This document shows, one piece after another, positions 55,401-63,348 of a DNA stretch of 64,000 nucleotides. The stretch spans positions 80,296-144,295 of the forward strand of contig CAZTBI010000002.1 of assembly GCA_964612055.1 (NCBI GenBank), in the 5' to 3' direction. The DNA comes from an uncultured Bdellovibrionales bacterium. GTDB taxonomy: Bacteria; Patescibacteriota; Minisyncoccia; Moranbacterales; UBA1568. Position 1 is the stretch's first letter. Each line of letters opens with the position of its first letter. Below the pieces are notes generated by a model that saw only the letters and a list, made by a program, of their open reading frames with translations, did no database searches and was not told the origin of the DNA. A program made the position numbers and the translations under genes.

Positions 55401-56880
55401 CAAAAAAACGACCGGTGCCTATCAAAAAGATGTGCTTGGTATTGTCGCTACCGAACCAGGGATTATTCTTGGTGGAGCAGCTGAGAACTCCTATCCCGTT
55501 ACCCTGGTCGGACGTGTCCCAGTCAAAGTGACCAATGAGAACGGTCCAATCTATGCCGGTGATCGGCTGACATCAAGCGTGCGTCCGGGCTCTGCCATGC
55601 TTGCTACACAGGCTGGTCGAGTGCTTGGTGCGGCTCTGGCTGATGCTGTCGACTGGACAGTCTGTGAAGGGGAAAACCCACAGGATACCAATGCCTTGCT
55701 CTGTACGACTGTTATGGTGTTCATCAATCTGACGGATTATTCTGGTCAGTCGGTGGAACTGGCTATGGCAGAGCGTAATGCTGAATCCGATGGGCTTTCT
55801 GATATGGCAGCGCTCGATAGTATCGAACAAGGGCTCGGATCCGATAGCGCGAGCATCCGTCTCTCAAGAAACATGCCGACCAAGCAGGAAAAAATCCTCG
55901 ATTTCTTGAAGGATCTCGACGCCAAGCAAGTGGCCTCTGGTCAATCACTCTCAGAAGTCTTTACGGGACGAGTGGCCGCTTCTCGTGAGGTGATCACCCC
56001 GACTCTCTATGCCGATCAGATTTTTGCCAAGAGTATCAAGGCTGACTCTATCGAAGGGCTGGAGATCTTCACGAATCAGATCAGTAGTTTGGAAGAAAAA
56101 TATGCTGGTCTCGATGCGAAAGAAAGTGATTCATCAGAAACAACCGATACTGTGAAAGAACAGTTGGCTCTTGCCATGAAGAAACTTTCGGCTGATACAC
56201 TCATACTCAGGCTCGATGGCAGTATCTTGGGTAAACTTTCTGTGAATGGCGCGCTCAAGGTTGGTGAGACAGCAGAGTTTGGTGGAGAGACAGTCTTTGT
56301 GAAGCTTGCCAGTTTCTTGGACAAGACGATTTTCAAGGGAATGGTTTCATTTGAAAGTACACCAACCTTTGCCAGTGATACGGCTGGTTTCGCGGTGATT
56401 GCCAAGGATGCCCGGAGAGTACGCGTGGTATTTGATACACCGTACGAGAAGCAGCCGATCGTAACGGTCTCACTTACCCGCGAAGAGTCGCCACTGCTTT
56501 CTGAAGCCGATGAAGATTTGAAAAAGGATATTGCACTTTTGGAAGAAGAGTATGTAGGAGCTGTCTTCAAAGAAAATGTCCGTTATGTGGTGACGGAAAA
56601 ATCAGCCAACGGATTTACCGTCGTTCTTTCCGAAAAAGCAGCTCGTGACCTCCAGTTCTCTTGGGTAGCGCTCTCAGTGGATAAGGCTAAATCATTTAGT
56701 TCAGAACCGGAAGGGGAGGAAGAGGTGCTGCCACCGGCTGATCCGACAGAAGAGATTCTTCCGGCTGAAGAGGAAGTCGAGGGGACAGAGGAGATCCCGC
56801 CTCTTGAAGAGGAAAAGACCGAAACTTTGCCTTTGCCTGATGTTCCAGAAGCGCCGGCAAAGATCGAAGACTTACCATAG
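49459..56880 (+). CDS. Giant (2473 aa) secreted/surface protein with Thr/Gly/Ser-rich beta-repeat regions, LamG-like (Laminin_G_3) domain and acidic Glu/Pro-rich C-terminal tail
   Basis: N-terminal signal/TM (LLPLFFTGIALVAFF). Repeated module ...GGSSDLQ(T/A)TYGNDADGS... appears twice. LamG_3-like segment (WNMQMWFKH...NQWHHMVMARD...LHFFIDG...FWDGSIDDFTFS). Tail EEEVLPPADPTEEILPAEEEVEG. Confidence 0.75.
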   Translation: MSRGEPTQMFFCMPFSPRNLKTKKIYNGYKNFFLLPLFFTGIALVAFFSSPDVFAATGINEEISFQGKVVNDDGTNVANGNYDFVFKLYTVSSAGTAVWTETRTGGNQVTVTDGIFQVNLGSVTTLPGSVDFNTDNIYLGIEFNSDGEMSPRVHFTAAPYAMNAAKVGGLTVTDTTGTLTIPNGKTISFADDFTTSGAFATTLTATATTNVTLPTTGTLATLAGSEIFTNKTIGSTGLVFSGATTDITTASNEDLTLTAAGSGDIVLVLDSGTFVNLTGGADGTAALTLAAGDLTLTDGDLIVTAGDVNFTLDVADTFNIVKSGANAGDVANITASSVNALDGLQIDLTATTDSGADNVTGLDLAWTESADADVWTALNLPNTTTTNSSTRAFVIGTGYDTILDTAALDISGAGVISGATGISTTTLTASSTIAANGGITFDASTDTLGAFTMAGTLDANANILTNIGNSGTDFVASTGALTLAGVLTANGGISLSASQSLTAVALSYIDLGSITHGTTAVQGLRLPQAASASPSSPSSGEGYLAWDASGNQLIYYTGSAWSTISGGSGYNLIKDEASSLTARTTLAFLGSGVSCADNASQTECTISGGGSSDLQTTYGNDADGSDATISLTTADDSLIFTNPTSSGTDSAFLLQISQQHTTAGVVALDITQSSSGANGLNLTANAIDTETALAVTANTLTSGFGLSIASSSAALTGALQSITLSGSNASNTGSLLALDNTGTSNANTSLYIKHYATGTNNLAFRIDDVSGDTTPFVVDGTGAVGIGTTAPTSLFELYGTGAADIVGTLTAPDATYDPIFKFRTGSTPAVMFSMGVDNSDSSKFKIYSGDGLGSGDEFVIDAGGVTTIANLNLGATSFDEDAGIVSWMDMSVTASSAVDSIQSYSALIDGNSLLTVYAESDGADGIQDKRIQIGEGGAGSTGPTLLALDVKSDTSDPAGFEGAMYYNTFDNVFRCYQNSGWTNCIGSGGSSDLQATYGNDADGSNVTISLTSADDGIVFSNPASSGTDSAFTFKVEQLNTGIDNDALYIDNRGTGDGLRIDDESGDTTPFIVDKDGRVGIGTSSISAAAATERLLQVGSETNRGNSVTYGEVVTKGQRDITALTNIKDIYVYDTTADSDGGRWIDWATTDKLSWYTETLDDGPNDPCNIASDDRCYKASFPRKAILVVTTDALYIFDAQDNTLWMKFSQNASGYALGIDTNNDPSSVSALNGVIYVGTNGVSAGGLYAFDFTTDRMWKYDSTDRSQGDVGIGSRNSAVTYNSDNNTQFDLGNDTGWDAVNDVSVATMQFSTTAIAIGTTTNIGPGNGSTLVAVATDSGLGVINLSRQRYVAYSDATDDNYNAVVITRTAKLYGLNNTLDQAEKWINIDQDQVSEENGTPDKVWDQASTPALSKTQPAISSGAPDALEVVERGSLADGGLLSTAAAAGSSDLIYVGTDQGLTEIHDHSTPASGWSKFFNTTKQSALMPGTIKRAHMMDDASGDLTDDSFRVNTMAPIGGVTYGINGARGKAVTLNGTSGFFCSDNGGATCAVDTDDNMSTTAWNMQMWFKHSVTQAGTDVLYSRCYNTTPAAAAACVTVYMTSTGTMVAAYDDDATWTAYSSYDAMLTSTRTYNDNQWHHMVMARDNANDLHFFIDGTPIVSNNATGSTLTLDASQIVSIGADCSVGVACATGANFWDGSIDDFTFSQGTTTVDALTGAQARRLYNDARPLLNKKVITVTDATTATSTTIGDSGETWIPNEFSSQIVEITSDTGAGQTRRIVANTTTTLTVSPAFSTVPDTTSDFEINPEILYGASNTVTAIGVTGESAMGEARQLCVGTNSTTDTGGVTCLNHQAGPNLVADMYHGDSEQTDDSGAEWTGTDYDDIQSIDISGRAMVIGSMAHLWTETEDVRLGQGMDYLSNKIFDLTNVVKNLGMQTLAGSGSMEIGLTGGADLAEHYYSNEVLTAGEVVAIDKSLVAGIKKTTGAYQKDVLGIVATEPGIILGGAAENSYPVTLVGRVPVKVTNENGPIYAGDRLTSSVRPGSAMLATQAGRVLGAALADAVDWTVCEGENPQDTNALLCTTVMVFINLTDYSGQSVELAMAERNAESDGLSDMAALDSIEQGLGSDSASIRLSRNMPTKQEKILDFLKDLDAKQVASGQSLSEVFTGRVAASREVITPTLYADQIFAKSIKADSIEGLEIFTNQISSLEEKYAGLDAKESDSSETTDTVKEQLALAMKKLSADTLILRLDGSILGKLSVNGALKVGETAEFGGETVFVKLASFLDKTIFKGMVSFESTPTFASDTAGFAVIAKDARRVRVVFDTPYEKQPIVTVSLTREESPLLSEADEDLKKDIALLEEEYVGAVFKENVRYVVTEKSANGFTVVLSEKAARDLQFSWVALSVDKAKSFSSEPEGEEEVLPPADPTEEILPAEEEVEGTEEIPPLEEEKTETLPLPDVPEAPAKIEDLP

Positions 56881-56954
56881 CTACCTCTTGAAAGAAGCCC
56901 CGAAAATGTTCTCGGGGTTTTTCTTTGCAGCGAATATTTACTGATGTTAGAATA

Positions 56955-57941
56955 ATGAGCATGAATAGGCTTCATCTCACCACTTTTCTTATCTTTATTA
57001 CTGGCCTGGCTCTGGGTGTTTTTGTGGCGCCTTTTTTGCCGAAAGAAGCTTCACTTGAAATAGGGTCAAAGCAGGTGCGACAGTTTGGAGGTTATACCTA
57101 CACCAATCCCTTATTGGAGTGTGAAGTAGCCGAAGGCGTGATCGATGCTCGCCAAGAGAACTTTCATCATGACGTCGAGGCATTTGTTACTCATTTGCAG
57201 GAGGAGCAAGGTCTTTCTGATGTGGCAGTATACTTTCGTGATTTAAACAATGGTCCGACGTTTGGTATGCGCCAGGAAGATGAGTTCTTCCCGGCATCAC
57301 TGCTCAAGGTGCCGGTGATGATGGCCTACTATCATTGGTCAGAAGAGGAGCTCACTCTTCTACAGGAGAAAATCCTTTATGAAGCCCCGAAGGACTTCGG
57401 AGTCATGACCACAATCAAGCCGCGCGAGGAATTACGAGAAGGGCAGATGTATACGGTCGAAGAACTTGTCCGACGGATGATCGTGTATTCGGACAATCAA
57501 GCTCTCGGACTCCTGACGAGTCGTCTGCCTTTGGAAAAAATGAAAGATCTTTTTACCATGCTCGGAGTAGGGGATGACGTCCTGTCTGATCCCGATGCCA
57601 AGTTGACGGTCAAAGAATACGCTGCTTTTTTTCGCATCCTCTTTAACAGCTCTTACTTGTCTCGGGAGAATTCAGAAAAAGCGCTGACGCTTCTCGCTTC
57701 TACTGACTACCATGACTCTTTGCCAGCAGGCGTTCCAGAGGGAATTCCGGTGGCGCATAAATTTGGTGAAGCGGGAACAGGGGATGTTGAGCGCCAGCTT
57801 CATGACTGCGGCATTGTCTATTTCCCGAATCATCCCTACTTGGCCTGTATCATGACTCGAGGACATGATACAGAAATGCTCAAAGACGTTATTCAAAGGA
57901 TCTCTCAATTTATGTACGTCAGGATTGACGAGCAATACTAG
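56955..57941 (+). CDS. Class A beta-lactamase-like serine hydrolase, membrane-anchored
   Basis: N-terminal TM helix. S-x-x-K (SLLK) and SDN motifs, plus KFG in place of KTG. Confidence 0.6.
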   Translation: MSMNRLHLTTFLIFITGLALGVFVAPFLPKEASLEIGSKQVRQFGGYTYTNPLLECEVAEGVIDARQENFHHDVEAFVTHLQEEQGLSDVAVYFRDLNNGPTFGMRQEDEFFPASLLKVPVMMAYYHWSEEELTLLQEKILYEAPKDFGVMTTIKPREELREGQMYTVEELVRRMIVYSDNQALGLLTSRLPLEKMKDLFTMLGVGDDVLSDPDAKLTVKEYAAFFRILFNSSYLSRENSEKALTLLASTDYHDSLPAGVPEGIPVAHKFGEAGTGDVERQLHDCGIVYFPNHPYLACIMTRGHDTEMLKDVIQRISQFMYVRIDEQY

Positions 57942-57965
57942 AGACTTTTTTTTGCGACCAGTATC

Positions 57966-58781
57966 GTGTATACTAGAGATACATTTATGCCTCCACGAAC
58001 TGCGCGGACAACTCGTTTGAAAATGACAGCCGAATCAGCGCCTACACCAGGAGTGCCAGTTTCTGTTTCGAGAGAAAAATCTCTTCTCCCGGCTGTCATG
58101 GTACTTTCGACATTGCTGCTCATAGCACTTTCTGTGGCCGGGTATTTCTATTACCAGTATCGTCATTCGGCTCAGGTTGCTGATGCCAAGGAGATTGCCG
58201 ATCTTTCTCAAGAAATCGGTGCTGTCATGATGCTACCAGAAGGAGAGGTACCGACGCTCGCTACGGTGACAGACCGAGAGAAGCTCGCAGAGCAAGCATT
58301 TTTTGAGAAGGCCGAGAACGGTGACAAAGTCTTAATCTATAGTCAAAGTGGCCGGGCTATTCTCTATCGTCCCAGTATCAAAAAAATTATCGATGTGACA
58401 ACGGTCAACGTCAATACGCCGGCACCGGTAGCTGAGAACAGCGCTGTTACCGAGACTGTTCCAGAACCTCAGGTTGAGCCGGAAATACCAGTTATTCCAA
58501 GTATTGTACGGCTGGCGCTTTTTAATGGCTCGACGACACTTGGTATAACCAATGCCAAGGAAAAAGAACTCACCACTGCTTATTCAAATATCGCCGTAGT
58601 TTCCAAGGATGCGGCTAAGAAGAATGATTACGAAAAAACAGTGGTTGTAGATGTTACTGGAAAGAATACTGATATGGCCGCAAAGATAGCAGCCACTTTG
58701 GGTGGCAGTGTCTCGAGCCTTCCAGATGGCGAAGTAGCCCCATCCGATGCCGATATCATGGTCATCATAGGCCAGGAATAA
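57966..58781 (+). CDS. LytR_C-domain membrane protein (paralog of 32907-33509)
   Basis: TM helix, Pro/Glu-rich linker, C-terminal LALFNGSTTLG...VVVD LytR_C-like domain. Confidence 0.55.
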   Translation: MYTRDTFMPPRTARTTRLKMTAESAPTPGVPVSVSREKSLLPAVMVLSTLLLIALSVAGYFYYQYRHSAQVADAKEIADLSQEIGAVMMLPEGEVPTLATVTDREKLAEQAFFEKAENGDKVLIYSQSGRAILYRPSIKKIIDVTTVNVNTPAPVAENSAVTETVPEPQVEPEIPVIPSIVRLALFNGSTTLGITNAKEKELTTAYSNIAVVSKDAAKKNDYEKTVVVDVTGKNTDMAAKIAATLGGSVSSLPDGEVAPSDADIMVIIGQE

Positions 58782-58886
58782 GGGAAGTAATCCAGTTTTT
58801 TACCATCCATCCCCGGTTTTTCCGGGGATTTGCTTTCCCAAGGCATTTAGCGCTACCCTGGAATAAAGACCTATTATAGGAAATGC

Positions 58887-60707
58887 ATGTCAGACTCAAC
58901 CATCGAAGAAATTAAGGCTCGGCTCAATATTGTTGAGCTCATCGGCACCTATGTGCGTCTGGAGAAGTCCGGTGCCCACTACAAGGCTTGCTGTCCGTTT
59001 CATCAGGAACGCACGCCGTCTTTCATGGTGAACGAAGAGAAGAATATGTGGCACTGCTTTGGCTGCGGCAAAGGTGGTGATGCCTTTGCCTTTGTTATGG
59101 AAATCGAAGGACTGAGCTTTCGTGAGGCCCTGACCTTACTTGCGGAAAAGGCAGGCGTGGAACTTCCAAAATACCAGGCTACTGATCCGGAGCAGAAAGA
59201 AAACAAGGATCGACTCTTTGCGCTTTTGGAATTGGCCACCAAGTTTTACGAAAAGCAGCTCTGGGATGGGGCAGGGAAGGAAAAAATCCTGGGCTATTTG
59301 AGGGGACGAGGACTGTCCGATGATAGTATCAAAAGTTTTCGTCTTGGCTATGCCCCAGATGGCTGGCGTCACGGACTCGATTTCTTTACCAGTAAAGGTT
59401 TTTCAGTAGGAGAGATGGAACAAGTCGGACTAGTCCTCAAGCGCGAAGGAGGAAGCGGCCACTATGATCGCTTCCGTGATCGGATCATGTTCCCTATCTT
59501 TGATATCTTTGGTCACGTCATCGGCTATTCAGCGCGGGTGGCTCCGGGCGGCGATGAAACCCAGGCCAAATATATCAATACTCCCGAAACAGCGATTTAT
59601 CACAAGAGTCGGGCACTCTATGGATTGTTTCATGCCAAGCAGGCGATGAAGCAGGCAGGGATGACGGTGATCGTTGAGGGTAATATGGATGTGATTGCCA
59701 TGCATCAGGCCGGGATCGGACATACTGTAGCTGTGTCTGGGACTGCACTCACTGCTGAACAGCTCACCCTCATGAAACGCTATGGCAACGAAGTGCGACT
59801 GTTCTTTGATATGGACGGCGCTGGTCAGAAAGCGGCTCGCAAGAGCGCAGAGCTGGCTTTGGAAAAGGAGCTCCAAGTGTCCGTAGTGGCGCTCCCTTTT
59901 GGGAAAGACGCTGCCGATATGGGAAAAGATGATGCCGAGAAATTGCGAGAAGTGGTGGCTCAGGCGGTGCCAGCACTTGGCTATTTTCTTTCAACAAGTA
60001 TTCAAAAACAGGATATTACTACGGCTACTGGCAAGCGTCAGGTCGTCGATGATTATGCCGAGTTGTTACAATCAGTAAAAAATCCTATCGAACGATCAGA
60101 AGCTATCAAGGCACTGGCTCGGGCACTCGATATGGAAGAGCGTTTGGTAGCGGGAGTGGTCAATAAGCTTTTTCTCGAACAGACACGGCGCGATGGGCCA
60201 GCACCACTTCTAGCGCCAGAAGATCCTTTTCGAGATCAGCATACGTTTGGGAAGCGTTCAGAATTACTTCGTGAAGAGCTGATGGCACTTATGTATGTCG
60301 ATGCGACACTGCGTAAGAATCTTTTGCAACAGATTACCGAAAAAGATCTCCAATTCTTTTTCGAACAGCACCCGCTCTTTTTCTTTCTTGTTCAATCAGG
60401 AAGTGATCATGACCCATTGTCACTGATAGAAGACAAGGAGCTGAAAAGTGAGGCAGCTCGTCTCAACTTTCGTATTCTCGAATCACCGGAAGTTTCTGTG
60501 GCAGAAGGGGAGGAGCGACACAAGATTTTTTCTGACATGGCTGATCGTTATCTGGCCGATCTCTATACCGAGGTAACGAAGCGTGAGAAATTGCTTTCTT
60601 TGGAAAAGGCGTTGGGTGTTGCTCGTGAGAAAAAAGACAAAGAACTTGAAAAAAAGCTTTTGGCTGAATTTTCGGCTATTTCTGGAGGAGGACCTGCCTC
60701 GGTATAG
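58887..60707 (+). CDS. dnaG: DNA primase DnaG
   Basis: Zinc ribbon CCPFHQERTPSF...CFGCG; TOPRIM region (VIVEGNMDV). Confidence 0.95.
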   Translation: MSDSTIEEIKARLNIVELIGTYVRLEKSGAHYKACCPFHQERTPSFMVNEEKNMWHCFGCGKGGDAFAFVMEIEGLSFREALTLLAEKAGVELPKYQATDPEQKENKDRLFALLELATKFYEKQLWDGAGKEKILGYLRGRGLSDDSIKSFRLGYAPDGWRHGLDFFTSKGFSVGEMEQVGLVLKREGGSGHYDRFRDRIMFPIFDIFGHVIGYSARVAPGGDETQAKYINTPETAIYHKSRALYGLFHAKQAMKQAGMTVIVEGNMDVIAMHQAGIGHTVAVSGTALTAEQLTLMKRYGNEVRLFFDMDGAGQKAARKSAELALEKELQVSVVALPFGKDAADMGKDDAEKLREVVAQAVPALGYFLSTSIQKQDITTATGKRQVVDDYAELLQSVKNPIERSEAIKALARALDMEERLVAGVVNKLFLEQTRRDGPAPLLAPEDPFRDQHTFGKRSELLREELMALMYVDATLRKNLLQQITEKDLQFFFEQHPLFFFLVQSGSDHDPLSLIEDKELKSEAARLNFRILESPEVSVAEGEERHKIFSDMADRYLADLYTEVTKREKLLSLEKALGVAREKKDKELEKKLLAEFSAISGGGPASV

Positions 60708-60796
60708 GACGGGTTTACCTCGGCTTTAGACGGGCTTTCCTCGTGAGCCAGGATTTGCTATGATACAATACCTTTAGGAAAAGAGTCGTTCTCGTA

Positions 60797-62173
60797 ATGT
60801 TTTTAATCAGTATGCCTATGGCATCGAAGAAAATGAAGAAACCCATGAAAAAAGCGAAAAAGCCGGCCAAAAAAGCCGTGAAGAAAGCGGTCCACAAGAA
60901 GGCTGTTTCCAAGAAGAAGCCTGTGAAAAAGGTGGTGAAAAAGCCGGCCAAAAAATCTCCTCTTAAGAACAAGAAGAAAGTGGCCAAGAAATCACCTAAA
61001 AAGACAGCTCACAAAAAGGTTGCTCCGAAGAAAAAGGCGGTAAATAAGAAAGATCAAACAGAGGCTAAGAAGAATGCTTTTGACGAGCTTTTGTTTCGTG
61101 GCAAGCAGCGTGGTTTTGTGACAGAAGATGAAATCATTCACATCTTGCCTGATGTCGAGCAGGATTTGGAGAATCTCGAGAATTTGTATGAGCGTCTTGA
61201 AACGTCCGGGATCCGCGTTGTCGGGTCAGAAGAAATGCTCAAGCTTGAGACCGATAAAGTGGCCGAAAATTTTGGTAAGAAAAAAACAACAAAAGCCACC
61301 AAGCCCAAAGATAAGGTTATGGAGATGGGCGATGAAGGGGATGGTACTTCGGACCTGGTACAGATGTACCTGAAAGAAATTGGTCGTGTCGCGCTCCTTA
61401 CCGGTGAAGAAGAAATGCGCTTGGCTCGTTTGATTGAGAAGGGCGATTTGAATGCCAAGCAGCGTCTGACCGAGGCCAACCTACGTCTCGTGGTATCCAT
61501 TGCCAAGAAGTATGTCGGCCGCTCGCATAACCTTTCCTTACTCGATCTTATTCAGGAGGGAAATATTGGACTGTTTCGTGCCGTGGAGAAATTCGACTAC
61601 CGCAAGGGGTTCAAGTTCTCGACCTATGCTACCTGGTGGATTCGCCAAGCGATTACCCGTGCTTTGGCTGATCAGTCACGCACTATTCGTATTCCGGTCC
61701 ACATGGTAGAAACGATCAACAAGTACGCTCAGGTGACTCGTCGTTTGGTGCAGGAGCTGGGTCGCGAGCCATTGGCCGAAGAGATTGCTGCTGAAATGAA
61801 TATGGAAGTGGAAAAGATTCGTCACATCCAAAAAATTTCTCAGGAAACAGTGTCGCTTGAAACTTCTGTTGGAGATAACGAAGACGACAGCGTGCTCGGT
61901 GACTTTATCGAGGATACTGAGACCGTGATGCCAAACCAAGCTGCGTCACGCAAACTGCTGCGCTCTCATATTGCTGATATCTTGAGTGAACTGACGCCTC
62001 GTGAGCAGAAGATTTTGCGCATCCGCTTTGGACTGGAGGATGGCGTGACTCATACCCTCGAAGAAGTAGGGCAAGAATTTGGTGTCACTCGCGAGCGTAT
62101 CCGTCAGATCGAAGCCAAGGCGTTGGAAAAGATTCGCGAACACGAGCACTTGAAGAAATTGAAAGACTACTAG
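60797..62173 (+). CDS. rpoD: RNA polymerase sigma-70 factor RpoD with lysine-rich N-terminal extension
   Basis: Regions 1.2 to 4 are present ([44 protein letters not shown]). The N-terminal roughly 100 aa are a KKA/KKP-rich low-complexity tail. Start codon uncertain. Confidence 0.9.
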   Translation: MFLISMPMASKKMKKPMKKAKKPAKKAVKKAVHKKAVSKKKPVKKVVKKPAKKSPLKNKKKVAKKSPKKTAHKKVAPKKKAVNKKDQTEAKKNAFDELLFRGKQRGFVTEDEIIHILPDVEQDLENLENLYERLETSGIRVVGSEEMLKLETDKVAENFGKKKTTKATKPKDKVMEMGDEGDGTSDLVQMYLKEIGRVALLTGEEEMRLARLIEKGDLNAKQRLTEANLRLVVSIAKKYVGRSHNLSLLDLIQEGNIGLFRAVEKFDYRKGFKFSTYATWWIRQAITRALADQSRTIRIPVHMVETINKYAQVTRRLVQELGREPLAEEIAAEMNMEVEKIRHIQKISQETVSLETSVGDNEDDSVLGDFIEDTETVMPNQAASRKLLRSHIADILSELTPREQKILRIRFGLEDGVTHTLEEVGQEFGVTRERIRQIEAKALEKIREHEHLKKLKDY

Positions 62174-62208
62174 GGATTGACTTTCTCTTCTCAAATACGC
62201 TATCCTAA

Positions 62209-62237
62209 CTCCTCCCCAATGTGGGAGGAGTTTTCTT
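62209..62237 (+). terminator. Intrinsic terminator after rpoD
   Basis: CTCCTCCC-CAATGT-GGGAGGAG hairpin followed by TTTT. Confidence 0.6.
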
Positions 62238-62252
62238 ACAAACCACCAATCA

Positions 62253-62750
62253 GTGACGGAGGAACTTGAAATGGATCAAGCTATCATTCGCTACCACCGG
62301 ACTTTTTCCTCGGAGGATGCTGTCACCGCGGCGAGCGCCATAAGTGGCATCCGTTTCCTTTTGAAGGGGTATGACCTGAATCGCGAAGAGAGGTATCAAT
62401 GGGAAATAGGGAGGCATGACCGTGTCCTCGAAGTCTTTGAAGTCGGGGGCCCAGAAGCTACCCCAGGGTCGTTTGTGGCCACGCTTCACTATTTGCAGCA
62501 GCAGGGGGTTGTCTCTTGCGTGTCGGTAGTTTTGGCGTTGGATCAAGACCGCATTCAGGGCGCTGACATGCTCCTCAAGGAGTTCGGCTTTTTGAGTGGT
62601 CCACTCATTCCTCATCAAGGGGCATGCTCAGACCGCCTGTACGCCGGCTTCCATGATCTCATTTCCCCGAGCGTTGATTGGTTCAGGATCCGCCTCTGTA
62701 TCGATCCGCCGTCAGATGCACGCCCTGCTGGTGGGACAGCGAAACAGTAG
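62253..62750 (+). CDS. Hypothetical protein (GC-rich)
   Basis: 165 aa ORF ending just before a perfect palindromic terminator. Confidence 0.4.
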   Translation: MTEELEMDQAIIRYHRTFSSEDAVTAASAISGIRFLLKGYDLNREERYQWEIGRHDRVLEVFEVGGPEATPGSFVATLHYLQQQGVVSCVSVVLALDQDRIQGADMLLKEFGFLSGPLIPHQGACSDRLYAGFHDLISPSVDWFRIRLCIDPPSDARPAGGTAKQ

Positions 62751-62767
62751 AAACCAGAACATCTCAA

Positions 62768-62803
62768 GCCTGGGAGCGAATTCGCTCCCAGGCTTCTTTT
62801 TTT
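62768..62803 (+). terminator. Intrinsic terminator
   Basis: GCCTGGGAGCG-AATT-CGCTCCCAGGC hairpin followed by a T-rich run. Confidence 0.7.
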
Positions 62804-62845
62804 ACCCAAGTGCGCTATGATAAGGAAAACTACTCTTTTATATCT

Positions 62846-63328
62846 ATGGCCCATATTCATACCGAACCCGGACAGATTGATTTCACTGCTGATACCTTTG
62901 TCGTTTTTGTGCTGGAAAAACGGGTCTTGATTCGCTATCACGATAAGCATGATATGTGGTTGGTGCCTGGAGGACATATCGAATTGAATGAAACACCACC
63001 AACTGCCGCTCTCCGTGAAGTCAAAGAAGAAACCGGACTCGATGTTATTCTTTGGAAGGGGAATCAGCTTTTTGAATACTCAAACGAGCGCTATACCGAG
63101 CTTATCCCGCCGGTAGCTTCCAGTGTCCACGATATCATGTCAGGGCATCGCCACGTCAGTTTGGTCTATTTCGCCACTTCCTCTACTATGGAGATAGTGG
63201 AGCCTGATGGGGAAGAAAAAAGTCGAGGTTACCTCTGGCTAACCAAGGCAGAGCTTCTGGCTCATCCGGACATCCACGAAACCATAAAATGGTACGGAGT
63301 CAAAGCTCTGGAAACCCTCGCTCCTTAA
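62846..63328 (+). CDS. NUDIX hydrolase
   Basis: Nudix box GGHIELNETPPTAALREVKEETGL. Start taken at MAHIHTE. Confidence 0.8.
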   Translation: MAHIHTEPGQIDFTADTFVVFVLEKRVLIRYHDKHDMWLVPGGHIELNETPPTAALREVKEETGLDVILWKGNQLFEYSNERYTELIPPVASSVHDIMSGHRHVSLVYFATSSTMEIVEPDGEEKSRGYLWLTKAELLAHPDIHETIKWYGVKALETLAP

Positions 63329-63348
63329 CACTCTTGAAGGAGTTCATC

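Noticed and set aside
55200-55700. Possible phage tail-spike intramolecular chaperone (Peptidase_S74-like) segment in the giant protein (GIVATEPGIILGG...)
   Set aside because: Only a loose resemblance to the GxIAQEV core. The S-D-x-R-L-K-x-N-I cleavage motif is absent, and the domain is not C-terminal. Not claimed.
60715-60987. Minus-strand 90-aa Phe-rich ORF (MATFFLFL...)
   Set aside because: It is the exact antisense of the lysine-codon repeats (AAG/AAA gives TTT/CTT) of the rpoD N-terminal tail. Low-complexity artefact.
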